The notes: generated by a model not told the origin, from the letters alone. 64,000 nt of DNA from Alteromonadaceae bacterium (GCA_042091475.1 JBELHI010000002.1:606-64605), one strand, 5' to 3'. Shown: positions 1 to 11,262, counted from the stretch's first letter. Translations and numbers: made by a program.

Positions 1-274
1 GACGCATGAACTGAACGGCCACGTTACCTTCATCCTCAGGTTTCTGAACCTTAGTGAAAGGATGTTCAACAGGAATTAATAATTTATGATCAACATACTC
101 GTCTATTAAGTGTTTTAGTTGTTTCTTAACTTTACCAAAATCCAACACCATACTTTCTTCGTTTAACGAACCCTCAAGAATGACGTCTACTATCCAACTC
201 TCCCCAACCATTCCTCGTTCGGGACATAAATATGAAAAATCCATGACCGTTAGGTCATTTACAAACAACTGCAT
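1..274 (-). CDS. 6-pyruvoyl-tetrahydropterin synthase / QueD-like protein, N-terminal part (gene runs off left edge)
   Basis: Manual minus-strand translation from ATG at 274-272 gives MQLFVNDLTVMDFSYLCPERGMVGESWIVDVILEGSLNEESMVLDFGKVKKQLKHLIDEYVDHKLL... and stays open to position 1. The DFG.VK and DHK.L motifs resemble the PTPS family. It is absent from the ORF track because it is edge-truncated. Confidence 0.45.
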   Translation of the reverse strand, partial: MQLFVNDLTVMDFSYLCPERGMVGESWIVDVILEGSLNEESMVLDFGKVKKQLKHLIDEYVDHKLLIPVEHPFTKVQKPEDEGNVAVQFMR

Positions 275-371
275 GCTGATCGATCTACCTTAAAAAAATA
301 CTGCATTATCGCAGACTGCTTATACTATAACATGAATCCCAAGCAAAGACTGTAAAGCCGTCTGCTTAAAC

Positions 372-1376
372 TCACTTATTGCGCAACAATTGGTCTTTCA
401 AATTAGGTGGAATACCGGCAATGCTCAGAGTATCCGTTTGCGCGTCATAATGAATACTGTTACCCAGTTTTTCACGATCAAAACTAATAGAAATACCACC
501 ACCCGCACCAGAAAATTTAGTCAGTGATTTCACCGCGGTCTTATCCGCTTGAAAATTGCGCTCTAATGGCGTTTCTGATTGCTGAACAAACTGCTCAAAA
601 TTGTTTTGGTCTGACGCAGGCAATTGATTGGACAATTCTTCTACGTCAACCTGTTCGTGATTATCCACCTTCTCTTTGTAGTAATCACTTACCAACTGGC
701 GACTTTGATGTTTCTCTTCCGGATCTAATTGTTCAGACGCCAAATATTCTTCAACACTTTGCACCAATTGACGGTTTTGTTGTTTAATATCCACTTGCTC
801 TTCACAACCAACAAAATCCATAAAAAAGTCTGCAACGCGTCTACCCATGAGTCCTTTGATAAAACTAACATAGCGTTTTTGTTCTGGTTGTACCGTGTAT
901 TGAGTGAGATCTACACGGAATGCCAACTGCATTTTGGCAACATCTAAATGGTCTCTGTGGTACAGCTCTAGGGCTTGATTAATTTCAATATGCTGCTTGG
1001 TATTTAACAAGGTTATCATCAAGTAATCTGTAGCAAGATATTGATAATGATTAAAAATCAAAAAACCTGTTTCCGACTTACCGTGTTCAGCCAAGGTTTT
1101 AATCAACAATGTTGCCACATCGACACTGAATGAATAAAAACTATCCGGATTTTCCAGCATTGCTGACAGTCCGTCTGTGAAAGCGGCACTTTTCTCTTGC
1201 ACGAAACACCCAACCCCTTTACCAGGTTTGGCGTTAAACACTTGATTGAGCTGTTGTGCTAGTCCTTCAATGTCTGGGGTCACATCATAGCAGTCATTTC
1301 TTGGTGCGAGTCCAAGCTTCCCTTCTTGGTCCAATACTATCTGATGAACCACAAAATGGTGAATCACTGCACTCAT
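372..1376 (-). CDS. ndpA: nucleoid-associated protein NdpA (YejK)
   Basis: 334 aa. Matches E. coli YejK along its length (RYVSFIKG..GRRVADFFMDFVG, LTKFSGAGGGISISFD, DTLSIAGIPPNLKDQL). Divergent from yejL-yejM, as in E. coli. Confidence 0.9.
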   Translation of the reverse strand: MSAVIHHFVVHQIVLDQEGKLGLAPRNDCYDVTPDIEGLAQQLNQVFNAKPGKGVGCFVQEKSAAFTDGLSAMLENPDSFYSFSVDVATLLIKTLAEHGKSETGFLIFNHYQYLATDYLMITLLNTKQHIEINQALELYHRDHLDVAKMQLAFRVDLTQYTVQPEQKRYVSFIKGLMGRRVADFFMDFVGCEEQVDIKQQNRQLVQSVEEYLASEQLDPEEKHQSRQLVSDYYKEKVDNHEQVDVEELSNQLPASDQNNFEQFVQQSETPLERNFQADKTAVKSLTKFSGAGGGISISFDREKLGNSIHYDAQTDTLSIAGIPPNLKDQLLRNK

Positions 1377-1488
1377 TATTATTACCTCGTTAGTAATGCG
1401 ATCAATTACCTCGCATTTATTCAGATTTACTGGAGTAGCAAGTCATAACTTGCTACCATCATTTAAAATACATTACCTTGGGGTCACT

Positions 1489-1701
1489 ATGCCACAACGC
1501 TCTAAATACACCGACAAACAATTTGAAGCCGCCATGAACGACGTTATCGTTGCGTTAGAAACAAACAAAGCAGATAGGGATCTTTCACTCATGGTATTAG
1601 GTAATGTTATCACTCAAATATTCCAGCATCAATTTACCCCTGAAAATAGAGTGAAAGGGGTTCAAAAATTCACCGAAGTGCTCACCAAAAGCGTAAAATA
1701 G
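1489..1701 (+). CDS. yejL: UPF0352 family protein YejL
   Basis: In-frame ATG at 1489 gives the 70-aa protein MPQRSKYTDKQFEAAMNDVIVALE.... Its size and its position between yejK and yejM match E. coli yejL. The ORF-track start at 1396 looks like an upstream extension. Confidence 0.75.
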   Translation: MPQRSKYTDKQFEAAMNDVIVALETNKADRDLSLMVLGNVITQIFQHQFTPENRVKGVQKFTEVLTKSVK

Positions 1702-1726
1702 TCATTCGTGTTCAATAGAGGCTAAT

Positions 1727-3256
1727 ATGATATTTCCAGATAAATCATATCACAAACAACGTGAAGACAACCTTGCATGGGGACACTGGTTTGCGTTTGT
1801 TAATGTGATATTGAGTATTTGCATTGCCTCTATTTATGCCGTCAGCGTACCACTACCCGACAGTTTCATTGGCAACACATACATGTTAGTCAATTGGATT
1901 GGTCATATTAGTTTCATAAGCTTTGTATTTTTTATTCTTTTTGTGCTCCCTGTGTGTTACCTGATTAAATCCATTCGGTTTATAAAGCTTTGGGGGGCTG
2001 TAGCCACCGCCACAGGGATTGCTTTACTTGCCTTGGATGCGCTTTTCTTTACCAAGACGGGTAGCCATATTAACGATATGAGCTCAGTATCCCTTGGTCA
2101 ACAAGCCTCCTTTGCTCTGGATCAAGTCGCCTCTCAGTACCGCGGCTACCTTGCTGTGCTCTTCGCCGTTTGGTTATCGCTGCAGTTGGCTATAGCGAAC
2201 GGTATATGGAAGCGATTGGAACGCCTTAGGCGCCCACCGGTTGCAAAAGTTGGCGCAGGCATTTTTGTATGCTGTTTCATTATCAGTCACCTAATGCACA
2301 TGTGGGCAGATACAAAACTATATAAACCAATATTACAGCAAGACGACATGTTCCCATTGTCTTACCCATTGACTGCCAAGACACTGATGGCGAATTATGG
2401 TTTGTTTGATCTTAGTAGGCACCAGCAGCAGCAAGTCATACAATTTAATAATAATATTGACACCATCAACTACCCATTACGCCCCGTCTATTGTGCCATT
2501 GATGATAAGCCAGTCTTACTGTTAGTTAGCACTGAGGGTGGTATCGACACTCTCGACGCAGTGGATACATTATCACGTTGGCAACAACACTATGACTTGA
2601 CCACGAATCCTTCATCAAGCGCTTTTAATTTGATTTATTCCATGCCTGATATCTACACAGACATTATGCAAGGTAAATTACCGATTATCATTGACTTACC
2701 GTCACAACTTGGCATGCCTGTATCGCTCTATCAAAGCACACGTTTATTAAAATTTTCTCCATTGAAACCGTATATACAACCATGGGATGGTTTCACCCAG
2801 GCAATTCAAAACAAACAAGGTGTCAGTGTCGGATTTGTTAGTAATACGCAGCTTAATCAGGTGTTATCAAGTATACAGAATAATGATTATCGCCTGCTTA
2901 TTACCGAGCTAGGCAACGGTGGTCAAGCATCGCTCTACAGCAATATTGAAATGAAGAACAGTATTGCCATGAGTCAGCACCTTGATGTTGTCCCTACGCT
3001 CTTGTCACAAGCGGGTTGTAGGGCACCTAGCGATGCTTACAGTACTGGCCATAATGCATTACAAACGCCACAAGAATGGCTAATAAATACCACCGTTGAT
3101 GGTATCGTCATACAAACAATGACTGAACATACTCGGATTTACAACACTGGACACCATGATACCCATGACAACCAAGGCAATAGATTAAACCAACACCCCT
3201 TGCCTATGCATTTACTAAAACCTGGAATAAAGAAAATAACCCAGTTTATTCAGTAG
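1727..3256 (+). CDS. yejM: inner-membrane YejM/PbgA-like protein (multi-TM N-terminus plus sulfatase-like periplasmic domain)
   Basis: 509 aa with about 5 N-terminal hydrophobic helices followed by a soluble domain. Sits immediately after yejL, as in enterobacteria. Confidence 0.7.
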   Translation: MIFPDKSYHKQREDNLAWGHWFAFVNVILSICIASIYAVSVPLPDSFIGNTYMLVNWIGHISFISFVFFILFVLPVCYLIKSIRFIKLWGAVATATGIALLALDALFFTKTGSHINDMSSVSLGQQASFALDQVASQYRGYLAVLFAVWLSLQLAIANGIWKRLERLRRPPVAKVGAGIFVCCFIISHLMHMWADTKLYKPILQQDDMFPLSYPLTAKTLMANYGLFDLSRHQQQQVIQFNNNIDTINYPLRPVYCAIDDKPVLLLVSTEGGIDTLDAVDTLSRWQQHYDLTTNPSSSAFNLIYSMPDIYTDIMQGKLPIIIDLPSQLGMPVSLYQSTRLLKFSPLKPYIQPWDGFTQAIQNKQGVSVGFVSNTQLNQVLSSIQNNDYRLLITELGNGGQASLYSNIEMKNSIAMSQHLDVVPTLLSQAGCRAPSDAYSTGHNALQTPQEWLINTTVDGIVIQTMTEHTRIYNTGHHDTHDNQGNRLNQHPLPMHLLKPGIKKITQFIQ

Positions 3257-4082
3257 ACTGCGCGATTTTTTGATAAACTCGTAAACTGAAGTCAGCAGTA
3301 ACCTGCTTCATACTGTCTAGTACTCTGGGCAGGTCCCCTTCGGCTACTCGCCAATAATAGGGTGTCATCATTAATAGTGCTAAACGCTCTTGCTCGTCAT
3401 TGAGAGTCAATGAGAACGACACCGCTTGGTCCTTTATCAATTGAAAGTTTGGATGGTTGATGTCGCTTAGTTGATGGGGTTGCGGAGACTGATAAAGAGC
3501 CTGTTTAAGCTCAACCATGTGCTTACTAGCGGGTTCAACGTTAACCCACAGACCACCTGTTTTCAGGACGCGAGCCAATTCATTAGCTTCGGTTGGAGCA
3601 AACACCTGGATTACTCCGTCTAATGATTCATTGGCCAATGGCAATTGAAAGCTACTGGCGACGGCAAAATGACAGTTCTTATATCGCTTAGCCGCTTTTT
3701 GAATCGCTATCTTTGAAATATCATTACCACTCAATATCAGTGATGTGTCTGTGTTGTCCCACAGGGGTGACAAGCTATCAAGGTAATAGCCTTCGCCACA
3801 ACCAACATCGTGAATATGAACGCTGGATTTTGCCGTCAAATGGGCTTTTAAGGCAGTGCCAATGGCTGTTGCCAAAGGTGCATAATGGCCCGCAGACAAA
3901 AATTGTCGCCGCGCATTAACCATGTCTTTATTATCTCCCGGCTCTTTACTTTTTTTGTGTTGAGCCAACAACAAATTGACATAGCCTTCTTTGGCACAAT
4001 CATAGGTGTGATTATTCACGCAGCGCCACTGACAGCCAAATAAATACAAAAGCTCAGAGCATTTGGGGCAGGTCCAATTCAT
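3246..4082 (-). CDS. rlmA: 23S rRNA (guanine745-N1)-methyltransferase RlmA
   Basis: From the ATG at 4082 the protein reads MNWTCPKCSELL...C..NHTYDCAKEGYVNLL (Zn-finger). It has the SAM motif DVGCGEGYY and the MTPYYWR motif, and aligns with E. coli RlmA. The ORF-track TTG start at 4109 is less likely. The 3-prime end overlaps the yejM end by 11 bp (convergent genes). Confidence 0.85.
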   Translation of the reverse strand: MNWTCPKCSELLYLFGCQWRCVNNHTYDCAKEGYVNLLLAQHKKSKEPGDNKDMVNARRQFLSAGHYAPLATAIGTALKAHLTAKSSVHIHDVGCGEGYYLDSLSPLWDNTDTSLILSGNDISKIAIQKAAKRYKNCHFAVASSFQLPLANESLDGVIQVFAPTEANELARVLKTGGLWVNVEPASKHMVELKQALYQSPQPHQLSDINHPNFQLIKDQAVSFSLTLNDEQERLALLMMTPYYWRVAEGDLPRVLDSMKQVTADFSLRVYQKIAQSTE

Positions 4083-4143
4083 AATTAATCCAGGATAAAA
4101 ACAGCGCAATACTATATCAGAAACACCTACACTGCGCGATGTA

Positions 4144-5268
4144 TTAGTCTATGGATAGCTCTTCAATGTTCGTGAGAGGGTGATAGTTGCGGGGCCATAC
4201 ACAAGAGAATGCCATCGCCAAACAATCATCGGTTACGTCATTGAGTGTTTGATAAAGCCATTCAGGTTGCTTATCTTTGTCTACTAGGTGCGCGCGAATT
4301 CCCTCGCCAAATTCATGTAGCTCAAGACAACGATATGCCAAGGTTAATTCAAATTGAAAGCATTCACCCAAAGACATACTCAAGGGTTGTGACAGTTGCG
4401 CGTTTATAAGGTGTAAGCTTAGGGGGGAAGCATCCGCTAGTCCTTGTTGAAATTGGGCGATATAAGGCTCAGTGTTATCCCATGACAAAATACTATTACA
4501 TTGTTCGAACACGCTAGTTTGATTCGCCAACTCAGACAATTGTGTAGCCAACCGAGGTAATAAGGTTGCCTCAAGTTCTGGTGCTGGTAAAGATGACAAC
4601 AAGTTTGATATAAGGATTTCATTTGTCGATGAATCACCAGAAAACTCGAGCGTTTTAAGCCCTTCAATGACGTCATATTTGTGATTTGTGGTTAAAAGGT
4701 AATCTGCCAAACCATTATCAATCGCATCAACTGCATTGATTCGACAGCCCGTTAACGCCATTAAAATTCCAACACCCGGCTGCGTGCGAGGCAAAAAATA
4801 CGTCGCGCCAACATCAGGGAAAAAGCCAATTTTTGCTTCCGGCATGGCCATCAGGCTCGTTTCGGTAACAATACGGTGACTGGCGCCTACAAATAAACCA
4901 ACACCTCCGCCCATAATTAAACCATCGCACCAAGCAATGATCGGCTTGGGATAATTATGGATCAGATAGTCAAGTCGGTATTCCAAAGCAAAATAATTGA
5001 TAGCTTGCCGTTCTCGGTCCTTTTCTTCGTCCTTAATACTGTGATATACAGCAACAATATCACCGCCAGCACAAAACGCTTTTTGACTACTAGAGTCCAA
5101 AAATACGGCAGTAATACTATCATCTGATTGCCATTGTGTGAGTTGCTGAAACAAGCTATTGATCATGTCATAGGACAGCGCATTTAATTGTGCGGGTCTG
5201 TCTAATTGAATAAAGCCAAGGTGATTACCCCCAGCTAAACTCTGTCGATATGATTTAACTTGTGTCAT
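4144..5268 (-). CDS. enoyl-CoA hydratase/isomerase family protein, 3-hydroxyisobutyryl-CoA hydrolase-like
   Basis: 374 aa. Crotonase-fold motifs are present (FCAGGDI, MGGGVGL, PE..IGFFPDVG). The long C-terminal extension is typical of the ECH_2/HIBCH-type subfamily. Confidence 0.75.
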   Translation of the reverse strand: MTQVKSYRQSLAGGNHLGFIQLDRPAQLNALSYDMINSLFQQLTQWQSDDSITAVFLDSSSQKAFCAGGDIVAVYHSIKDEEKDRERQAINYFALEYRLDYLIHNYPKPIIAWCDGLIMGGGVGLFVGASHRIVTETSLMAMPEAKIGFFPDVGATYFLPRTQPGVGILMALTGCRINAVDAIDNGLADYLLTTNHKYDVIEGLKTLEFSGDSSTNEILISNLLSSLPAPELEATLLPRLATQLSELANQTSVFEQCNSILSWDNTEPYIAQFQQGLADASPLSLHLINAQLSQPLSMSLGECFQFELTLAYRCLELHEFGEGIRAHLVDKDKQPEWLYQTLNDVTDDCLAMAFSCVWPRNYHPLTNIEELSID

Positions 5269-5335
5269 AACTTAAACCTATGATATTACGTGGCTTAACC
5301 ATATGCCTAAATGCCCCATCGCGCAATAAAAAACG

Positions 5336-5998
5336 TTACCTGTGAGTCGAAGACTTCACTGTACACAGGCGACGGTAAACTGATACAAGGCAACATAATA
5401 GCAATAAATACCCCGCACTACCGCCGTGTTCATGGGATGTGACATGGGGTCTGACTGGATATACAGGTACAATCGCAGGCTGGTCGTACTCATTACTTTC
5501 TAGTAACAAGGGTGGCGAATAGTAACTCTGATGACTATTTACAACAGTCAACAGTTGCCCTGTCAGTGCGTCGTACAAGTAAATTGAGAGTTCATAATAC
5601 TGGCTAGGAAAGCCGCTGGACAGTTCTGAATCAATGGCAAGCACATCAAAAGGCGACTGACCGTAAATAACGAAATCATTGGTTGTGTGATAGTGATAGC
5701 TGACAGCATCATCATGCAGATATAATTCCGCGTATAGCCATTGGGAATCACGGTAGGTGTCAACATCGAATGATACTTCTAGTTGCGAATAATATCCGTC
5801 GTGGTCTCGGTCTTGAGACAACGAAATATCTACATCGTAAACGTCAATATCATGATGAGACAATAATGCTGGAATACCCGGGTTTTGCACGGTGGAGACA
5901 ACACTATCATTAGGGGAGGTGTCATGAGTTTCAACCGCAATGGCAAGACTTTGACAACAAAATAAAGTAAACAAACTAAAAATTACACGTAAACACAT
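5336..5998 (-). CDS. secreted hypothetical protein with candidate GlyGly-CTERM (rhombosortase) sorting tail
   Basis: ATG at 5998 is preceded by AAGGAA. Signal peptide MCLRVIFSLFTLFCCQSLAIA. The C-terminus reads HEHGGSAGYLLLLCCLVSVYRR, i.e. GG[SA], then a hydrophobic helix, then basic residues. The central region is Asp/Tyr-rich. Confidence 0.55.
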   Translation of the reverse strand: MCLRVIFSLFTLFCCQSLAIAVETHDTSPNDSVVSTVQNPGIPALLSHHDIDVYDVDISLSQDRDHDGYYSQLEVSFDVDTYRDSQWLYAELYLHDDAVSYHYHTTNDFVIYGQSPFDVLAIDSELSSGFPSQYYELSIYLYDALTGQLLTVVNSHQSYYSPPLLLESNEYDQPAIVPVYPVRPHVTSHEHGGSAGYLLLLCCLVSVYRRLCTVKSSTHR

Positions 5999-6205
5999 AG
6001 GCAAATTCCTTGTAATAGCCAAATAAATCTATCTTCAGTTATACCTATGTGCACATGAATCAAAACTGAATATAACAATTCCACGTTACGATTTTCTCAG
6101 AATAGCCATCGCTCGCTAACGTGGTGACAAACATACTTAAAATAAATTGTTTCCCCCGTTCTTATAATTTCAGTAAACTATCTCTAGCTAAACGGAGATT
6201 TATTG

Positions 6206-6739
6206 ATGGCACTACTCGAATTCATTCCACTCATTGCATTTTTTGCAGTCTACAAGTTTTTTGATATTTACTGGGCAACAGCAGTATTAATGGCGGCAAG
6301 TGCCTTACACATTGCCGCGGTTTATCTGCGCAATCGCACGGTACCGAAAAACCAAGTGGCTATATTAGCTATTGGCTTGGTACTTGGCGGTTTAACCCTA
6401 TTGCTGCAAGACAAACGTTTTATCATGCTAAAACCGACGGCGCTATACGCAGTATTTGCACTTGTTATCATTGTCAGTCAATGGTTTAAAAAGCCCATCG
6501 TTAAAACAATATTGGGTAGTGCGATAACCATGTCTGATAAGTTATGGGCACGAGTCAGCTATATTTGGGCTGTTTTTTTTACCGCAGCTGCAATGTTGAA
6601 TGTTTATATTGCGAATACATTGAGCGAAGAGCAATGGGTAAACTTTAAGGTGTTTGGTATGACCGCGGCGTCCTTCATCTTGATTATCGGTACCGTGTTG
6701 AGCCTCAACAAATACCTTAACACTGAAGAGGATAAATAA
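6206..6739 (+). CDS. yciB: intracellular septation / inner-membrane protein YciB
   Basis: Aligns with E. coli YciB (FIPLIAFFAVYKFFDIY.AT, WVNFKVFG). ATG at 6206 lies 8 nt after GGAG. Confidence 0.85.
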   Translation: MALLEFIPLIAFFAVYKFFDIYWATAVLMAASALHIAAVYLRNRTVPKNQVAILAIGLVLGGLTLLLQDKRFIMLKPTALYAVFALVIIVSQWFKKPIVKTILGSAITMSDKLWARVSYIWAVFFTAAAMLNVYIANTLSEEQWVNFKVFGMTAASFILIIGTVLSLNKYLNTEEDK

Positions 6740-7035
6740 TGTGGTATGTGATTAGTGGGATAGATACAGATAACAGTCTAGCAGCGCGTTTACGGGCAAG
6801 ACCGGCTCACATAGCACGGTTAAAGCTGCTAGAGTCAGAACAACGACTACTTGTCGCCGGCCCATGTCCAGCTGATAGCGAGGAAGAAGCATACTTGGGG
6901 TCTGTGATCATTGCTGAATTCGAGACATTAGCTGATGCAGAAACGTGGGCAAATAAAGACCCTTACATTGACGCTGGCGTTTACCAAAGCGTCACGGTAA
7001 AGGCCTTTAAACCGGCACTAGGCCAGCTAGGCTAG
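6739..7035 (+). CDS. yciI: YciI family protein
   Basis: 98 aa. Matches E. coli YciI (RL..RPAH.ARL.LL....LL.AGP, VIIAEFE.L..A..WA..DPY..AGVY..V.VK.FK). Its start overlaps the yciB stop (ATAATG). Confidence 0.85.
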   Translation: MWYVISGIDTDNSLAARLRARPAHIARLKLLESEQRLLVAGPCPADSEEEAYLGSVIIAEFETLADAETWANKDPYIDAGVYQSVTVKAFKPALGQLG

Positions 7036-9371
7036 GCGATATCATGAACTTTAAACTTGGCCACTAATCCCTGCACTTGATTAGCCGTATCTGACAACCC
7101 TGACGCTGACGATGCGGTTTCATGATTAGCTTGGCTCATTTCAGTAATAGACTCAATCATGCGCGCCATAACACCACGAATGTCACTGCACATGCTTAAT
7201 TGCTGTGTCACACCCTCTGATACTTCGCTACTGGCGCCAGTAATATCTCGTATAGTCGCTCTCAACTGGTCAAGCTGCAAACTGACAGTATTCACAACAC
7301 TGGCACCAGAAACGGCAGCAGTTGAGGCACATTCCATAGACTCTAATGCTTGCTGGGCTACCTGAGTCAGGGTCTCAATGGTTCCCTTTATTTCTATGGT
7401 ACTTTGTTGAGTCCGTGCGGCTAGGGTTCTTACCTCGTCAGCAACTACGGCAAAACCCCTTCCATGTTCACCCGCTCTGGCGGCTTCTATTGCAGCATTC
7501 AACGCTAATAGGTTTGTTTGATCAGCAATACTATTGATTACGTCAAGTACTTGGCTAATGTTATTAACTTCAGAATGTAATACTGACAAACTAGAAGACG
7601 ACTCTTCAACGCTGGTCACCAATTCCGAAATCTTTGACGACGCCACGGATGCTTGCTGACTGTTCTCTACAGTGCATTGTTCGGCGGCAATGGCGTTACC
7701 ATTAGCCTGCTCTGATTTTGAATGCAACTCCTCTGAAATATTAATAAAGCGCGCCACCGCATCCGTTGCCGTTTGAGTCTCATTTTTTTGTTGAATACTG
7801 GTGGCGCTGGACTGTTCGGTGATTGCACTAAGCTGTGTACTAGATGAAGCGACTAATTCCGCATGACTCTTTAACTCAGTAATAATACCGGCAAGTTGTG
7901 CCAAAAAGATATTAAACTGCCCGACAACAATATTTATTTCAGGGATGCTGCTAGGCTTTAATTGTTGTGACAAATTAGCATCTTGAGAGTTTAACTGAGT
8001 AAAATTGGCGGCAATCGCGTTTAGCGGGGCTACCAATGTTTTACTCAAATAAAACGCAATGGCAGCAAAAATTAAACTCATAGTAATCACAGATAAAACC
8101 GTGGCTAGCGTCATTTGACGTTTAAGTGATGACGCCGCTGAAAAAGCTTCAGAAACATCAATTTCAGCCATCAGTCCCCACTGCATATTACCTATACTAA
8201 TTGGGCGGTAAGCAGACAGAACCTCAACCTTACGGTAGTCTAAAATCGTATCGAATCCACTCTTACCAGCCAATGCCTGTTGCGCAGCAGTGCTAGCCAC
8301 TGGCTGTAAGTTTATACTGGTATTTTTATTGGTAATTCTTTCGGCAACTACAGGGTAATCTTGCTTAATCGCAGACAAATAATTTTTTTTATCTTCAACA
8401 AAGAAACGACTTTCACTACGCAAAGTACCATCGCCTCCTACTAAATAAGTTTCTCCTGATAAGCCGAAGCCTTGCTCTTTCCAATTCTCTGAATGCACTA
8501 ACATATTATTTATGCGATCAATGGGCATTTGAAAAATGAGGATACCAGTGATTTGGTTATTGACGTAGATGGGACTACTAATGAAGCTCGCGGGACTGTT
8601 ATATGAGGGTAAATAATCGGCAAAATCGGTTAAGAAGGTCTCTCCCTCAGCCAGGCTAAGTGCTTGGTTAAAAGCCTCACCAATACCGCTGTTGGCGTAG
8701 ACTCCATTGCGCAAGTTAGTCGCAAAATCCAGTTCCTTAAACACGCTGTAAACAATATCGCCGGATTTCGCATCAACGAGGAAAATATCATAGTAGCCAA
8801 ACGCTTGTAAAAATTGATTAAATGTCGAGTGATGTTGTGAATGAACCTTTGAGTAACTGCTGCCATCATTTGCGTCAAGTTGATTATTTTTATTGCCCAG
8901 AGGATGACGGTTATTTGAAATCCAATGGGCTTGTAACGCCTGACTATCATTAGGTAACCCACGGAAAAGTGCCATTGCATCAACATTATCAGCGTTCTTA
9001 CTTTGATACATTTCAGTAAAACTAATATTGTAATAATCTTTTAGTTGCTCAATGTCTGCATTACTCAGTGTGACGTCGGCCTGATTGAAAGCATCCGTAA
9101 AGTCACTGAGAGCGCTTTTTGTTGCAGGTTGATTAGCAACCGTTATTATCTGATTTTTAATCGTGGTAAAGTACTCGGAGACCTGAGAGTGGACAAGGTT
9201 ACCTTTGGAAGTGAGATCAGCTTGATGCTGAGACAAAAGTGCTTTCTGAATTTCGGTTGTACTGCGTTCAACAAATAAAATGCCTGTAATACTTAAAGAA
9301 ATAACGACACTCAATGCAATGACTATGGCAATGCGGGCCCGCATTGACATGTTGTTTAGTATATTAACCAT
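7032..9371 (-). CDS. methyl-accepting chemotaxis protein with large double-Cache-like periplasmic sensor
   Basis: Signalling motif [35 protein letters not shown]. Two TM segments flank a periplasmic domain of about 400 aa. ATG at 9371 follows GAGAGGGAA. Confidence 0.9.
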   Translation of the reverse strand: MVNILNNMSMRARIAIVIALSVVISLSITGILFVERSTTEIQKALLSQHQADLTSKGNLVHSQVSEYFTTIKNQIITVANQPATKSALSDFTDAFNQADVTLSNADIEQLKDYYNISFTEMYQSKNADNVDAMALFRGLPNDSQALQAHWISNNRHPLGNKNNQLDANDGSSYSKVHSQHHSTFNQFLQAFGYYDIFLVDAKSGDIVYSVFKELDFATNLRNGVYANSGIGEAFNQALSLAEGETFLTDFADYLPSYNSPASFISSPIYVNNQITGILIFQMPIDRINNMLVHSENWKEQGFGLSGETYLVGGDGTLRSESRFFVEDKKNYLSAIKQDYPVVAERITNKNTSINLQPVASTAAQQALAGKSGFDTILDYRKVEVLSAYRPISIGNMQWGLMAEIDVSEAFSAASSLKRQMTLATVLSVITMSLIFAAIAFYLSKTLVAPLNAIAANFTQLNSQDANLSQQLKPSSIPEINIVVGQFNIFLAQLAGIITELKSHAELVASSSTQLSAITEQSSATSIQQKNETQTATDAVARFINISEELHSKSEQANGNAIAAEQCTVENSQQASVASSKISELVTSVEESSSSLSVLHSEVNNISQVLDVINSIADQTNLLALNAAIEAARAGEHGRGFAVVADEVRTLAARTQQSTIEIKGTIETLTQVAQQALESMECASTAAVSGASVVNTVSLQLDQLRATIRDITGASSEVSEGVTQQLSMCSDIRGVMARMIESITEMSQANHETASSASGLSDTANQVQGLVAKFKVHDIA

Positions 9372-9634
9372 AAGATTCCCTCTCTTAAACAAAGATTAAC
9401 CAAATCAACGCCCCGCGTTGTTCTAATCATTGGCTAGCAGATAGTGATTTAACGCGTACAGTCTAGATTAGTTATTTATAAAGTACACAGTGATAAATTA
9501 CAAAAAATAATACAATGGTATCAATAACACTGGAACTACCCATCCGGACATGTATTTACGAGAGAAATCAATAGAACCCGCTGTAACTATTGGCGACAGG
9601 AAGAATAATTTGTTACAAATGATGACGCCAAAGA

Positions 9635-10318
9635 TTAGTCTAGCAAGAATTCATTACGTGTCTTATCAACTTTTTTGAAGCGCCCGCCAAGGGAGGTTGT
9701 TTGTGTAGATGACGTCGCGTCCATGACTCCCCGAGCTTTGACACAGTAATGAACTGCTGTCATAGAGACTGCCACGTCGTCAGTTTCTAATAGCGTCTGC
9801 AAGGTTGCAAGTATTTGCTGAGTTAAACGCTCCTGCACTTGTGGTCTACGAGCAAAAAAGCGCACAATACGATTAATTTTTGACAAGCCAATAATTTTAT
9901 CTTGTGGAATGTAAGCCACCTTAACCGTACCATCAATGGTAACGAAATGGTGTTCACAGGTACTGGTCACTGAAATGTCTTTAACCTTAACCATTTCATC
10001 AACCCCCATCTTATTGTTTATCACCGTCAATTTAGGAAACTCGGCATAGTCGAGGCCTGAAAATATTTCTTTGACAAACATTTTGGCAATTCTATGGGGG
10101 GTCTCAATCAAGCTATCATCTGTAAGATCCAAGCCTAGGGTCTGCATAATCTGAGTGAAATTGTCTTTTATAATTTGTTGTTTCTGCTCGTCAGACAAGC
10201 CATTTTCAATAAGAGGTGTTTCTAAGCCGCGTTTTAACAATACATCATGCACCCGTTTCGCATCATCACTGATGTTATTGGCGATATTTGATTGATGCTT
10301 ATTTAGAGCCTGCGACAT
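9635..10318 (-). CDS. folE: GTP cyclohydrolase I (FolE)
   Basis: 227 aa. Motifs [25 protein letters not shown]. Confidence 0.92.
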   Translation of the reverse strand: MSQALNKHQSNIANNISDDAKRVHDVLLKRGLETPLIENGLSDEQKQQIIKDNFTQIMQTLGLDLTDDSLIETPHRIAKMFVKEIFSGLDYAEFPKLTVINNKMGVDEMVKVKDISVTSTCEHHFVTIDGTVKVAYIPQDKIIGLSKINRIVRFFARRPQVQERLTQQILATLQTLLETDDVAVSMTAVHYCVKARGVMDATSSTQTTSLGGRFKKVDKTRNEFLLD

Positions 10319-10351
10319 GTTTATTATCCCTTGCTTACTAACAGAAATGAT

Positions 10352-11107
10352 TTATTGCGTATCATGGACTGGCATTATAGAGTTTATTGTCGCCGTTGCC
10401 AAATGGCGACCGCCATTTAAACTTAAAACATGACCGGTAATATATTCGCTGTTAAGCAAATACGCTATACCTTCAACGCCCTCTTGTACACCAGGGCTTA
10501 CAGGTAACAAGCTTTTGCGGCCGGCTTGCTGACGGTAAGCAAGGCTATCATTATCGTTGAACATCAATAAAGACGGTGCCACGCTGTTAACTTTGACCTT
10601 TGGCGACAAGGCTTTGGCGTAGGACAGCATCATATTCTCAAGAGCCGCTTTACTGGCAGCATAAGCAATGTGGCTTTCACTACCCGTAGATGCTGAATGA
10701 TCAGTAACGTGAATAATGTCAGCCATCATACCGTCTTCACCATAGGCAATAAGCTTAGATTTTAACGCCTGATTAATCTGAAAAGGCGCTTTCACATGAA
10801 CTTGTAATAAGCGCTGCATCAACTCAGCAGGGGGATTATCATCCTTTAGCCATTCAGACGCATTATGAATAATTCCCCTAACAACCGTATAACGTTTCAC
10901 CACATAGTCAATAAAATCTGCAACGCCGTCATCATCTGAGAAATCTGCTTGTATGCATTCAATGCCCTGCTGAACTAATACGTCTACACCCGCTTTATGA
11001 TTTCTGTAAGTGCAAAGAACTTTATAGCCATGTTTGTGTAAAGACAATGCTGTGGCTAATCCAAGTCGCTGACCTGCACCGGTAATAATGATAGGGGCTT
11101 GTTTCAT
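10352..11107 (-). CDS. folM: dihydromonapterin reductase / alternative dihydrofolate reductase FolM (SDR family)
   Basis: From the ATG at 11107 the protein aligns end to end with E. coli FolM (ITGAGQRLGLA, CIQADFS, HIAYAASKAALENM, VKVNSVAPSLL, GRHL). Lies 33 nt upstream of folE. Confidence 0.85.
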   Translation of the reverse strand: MKQAPIIITGAGQRLGLATALSLHKHGYKVLCTYRNHKAGVDVLVQQGIECIQADFSDDDGVADFIDYVVKRYTVVRGIIHNASEWLKDDNPPAELMQRLLQVHVKAPFQINQALKSKLIAYGEDGMMADIIHVTDHSASTGSESHIAYAASKAALENMMLSYAKALSPKVKVNSVAPSLLMFNDNDSLAYRQQAGRKSLLPVSPGVQEGVEGIAYLLNSEYITGHVLSLNGGRHLATATINSIMPVHDTQ

Positions 11108-11212
11108 AACATACTCATTTGATAACCGACACACAAGGTTCGCGGTCGTAATTGAACAACAGTGGAAATAAGCTTACGTTATAATGAACGATTTAGATGT
11201 CACTAACGACTA

Positions 11213-11252
11213 GCGATAACAGCTGAATAAAATTTTTATCATCTGTTATCGC
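11213..11252 (-). terminator. 10-bp stem hairpin between lysS and folM (no U-tract)
   Basis: GCGATAACAG (11213-11222) pairs with CTGTTATCGC (11243-11252), with a 20-nt AT-rich loop. Starts about 10 nt downstream of the lysS stop. Confidence 0.35.
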
Positions 11253-11262
11253 CTGTTAATAA

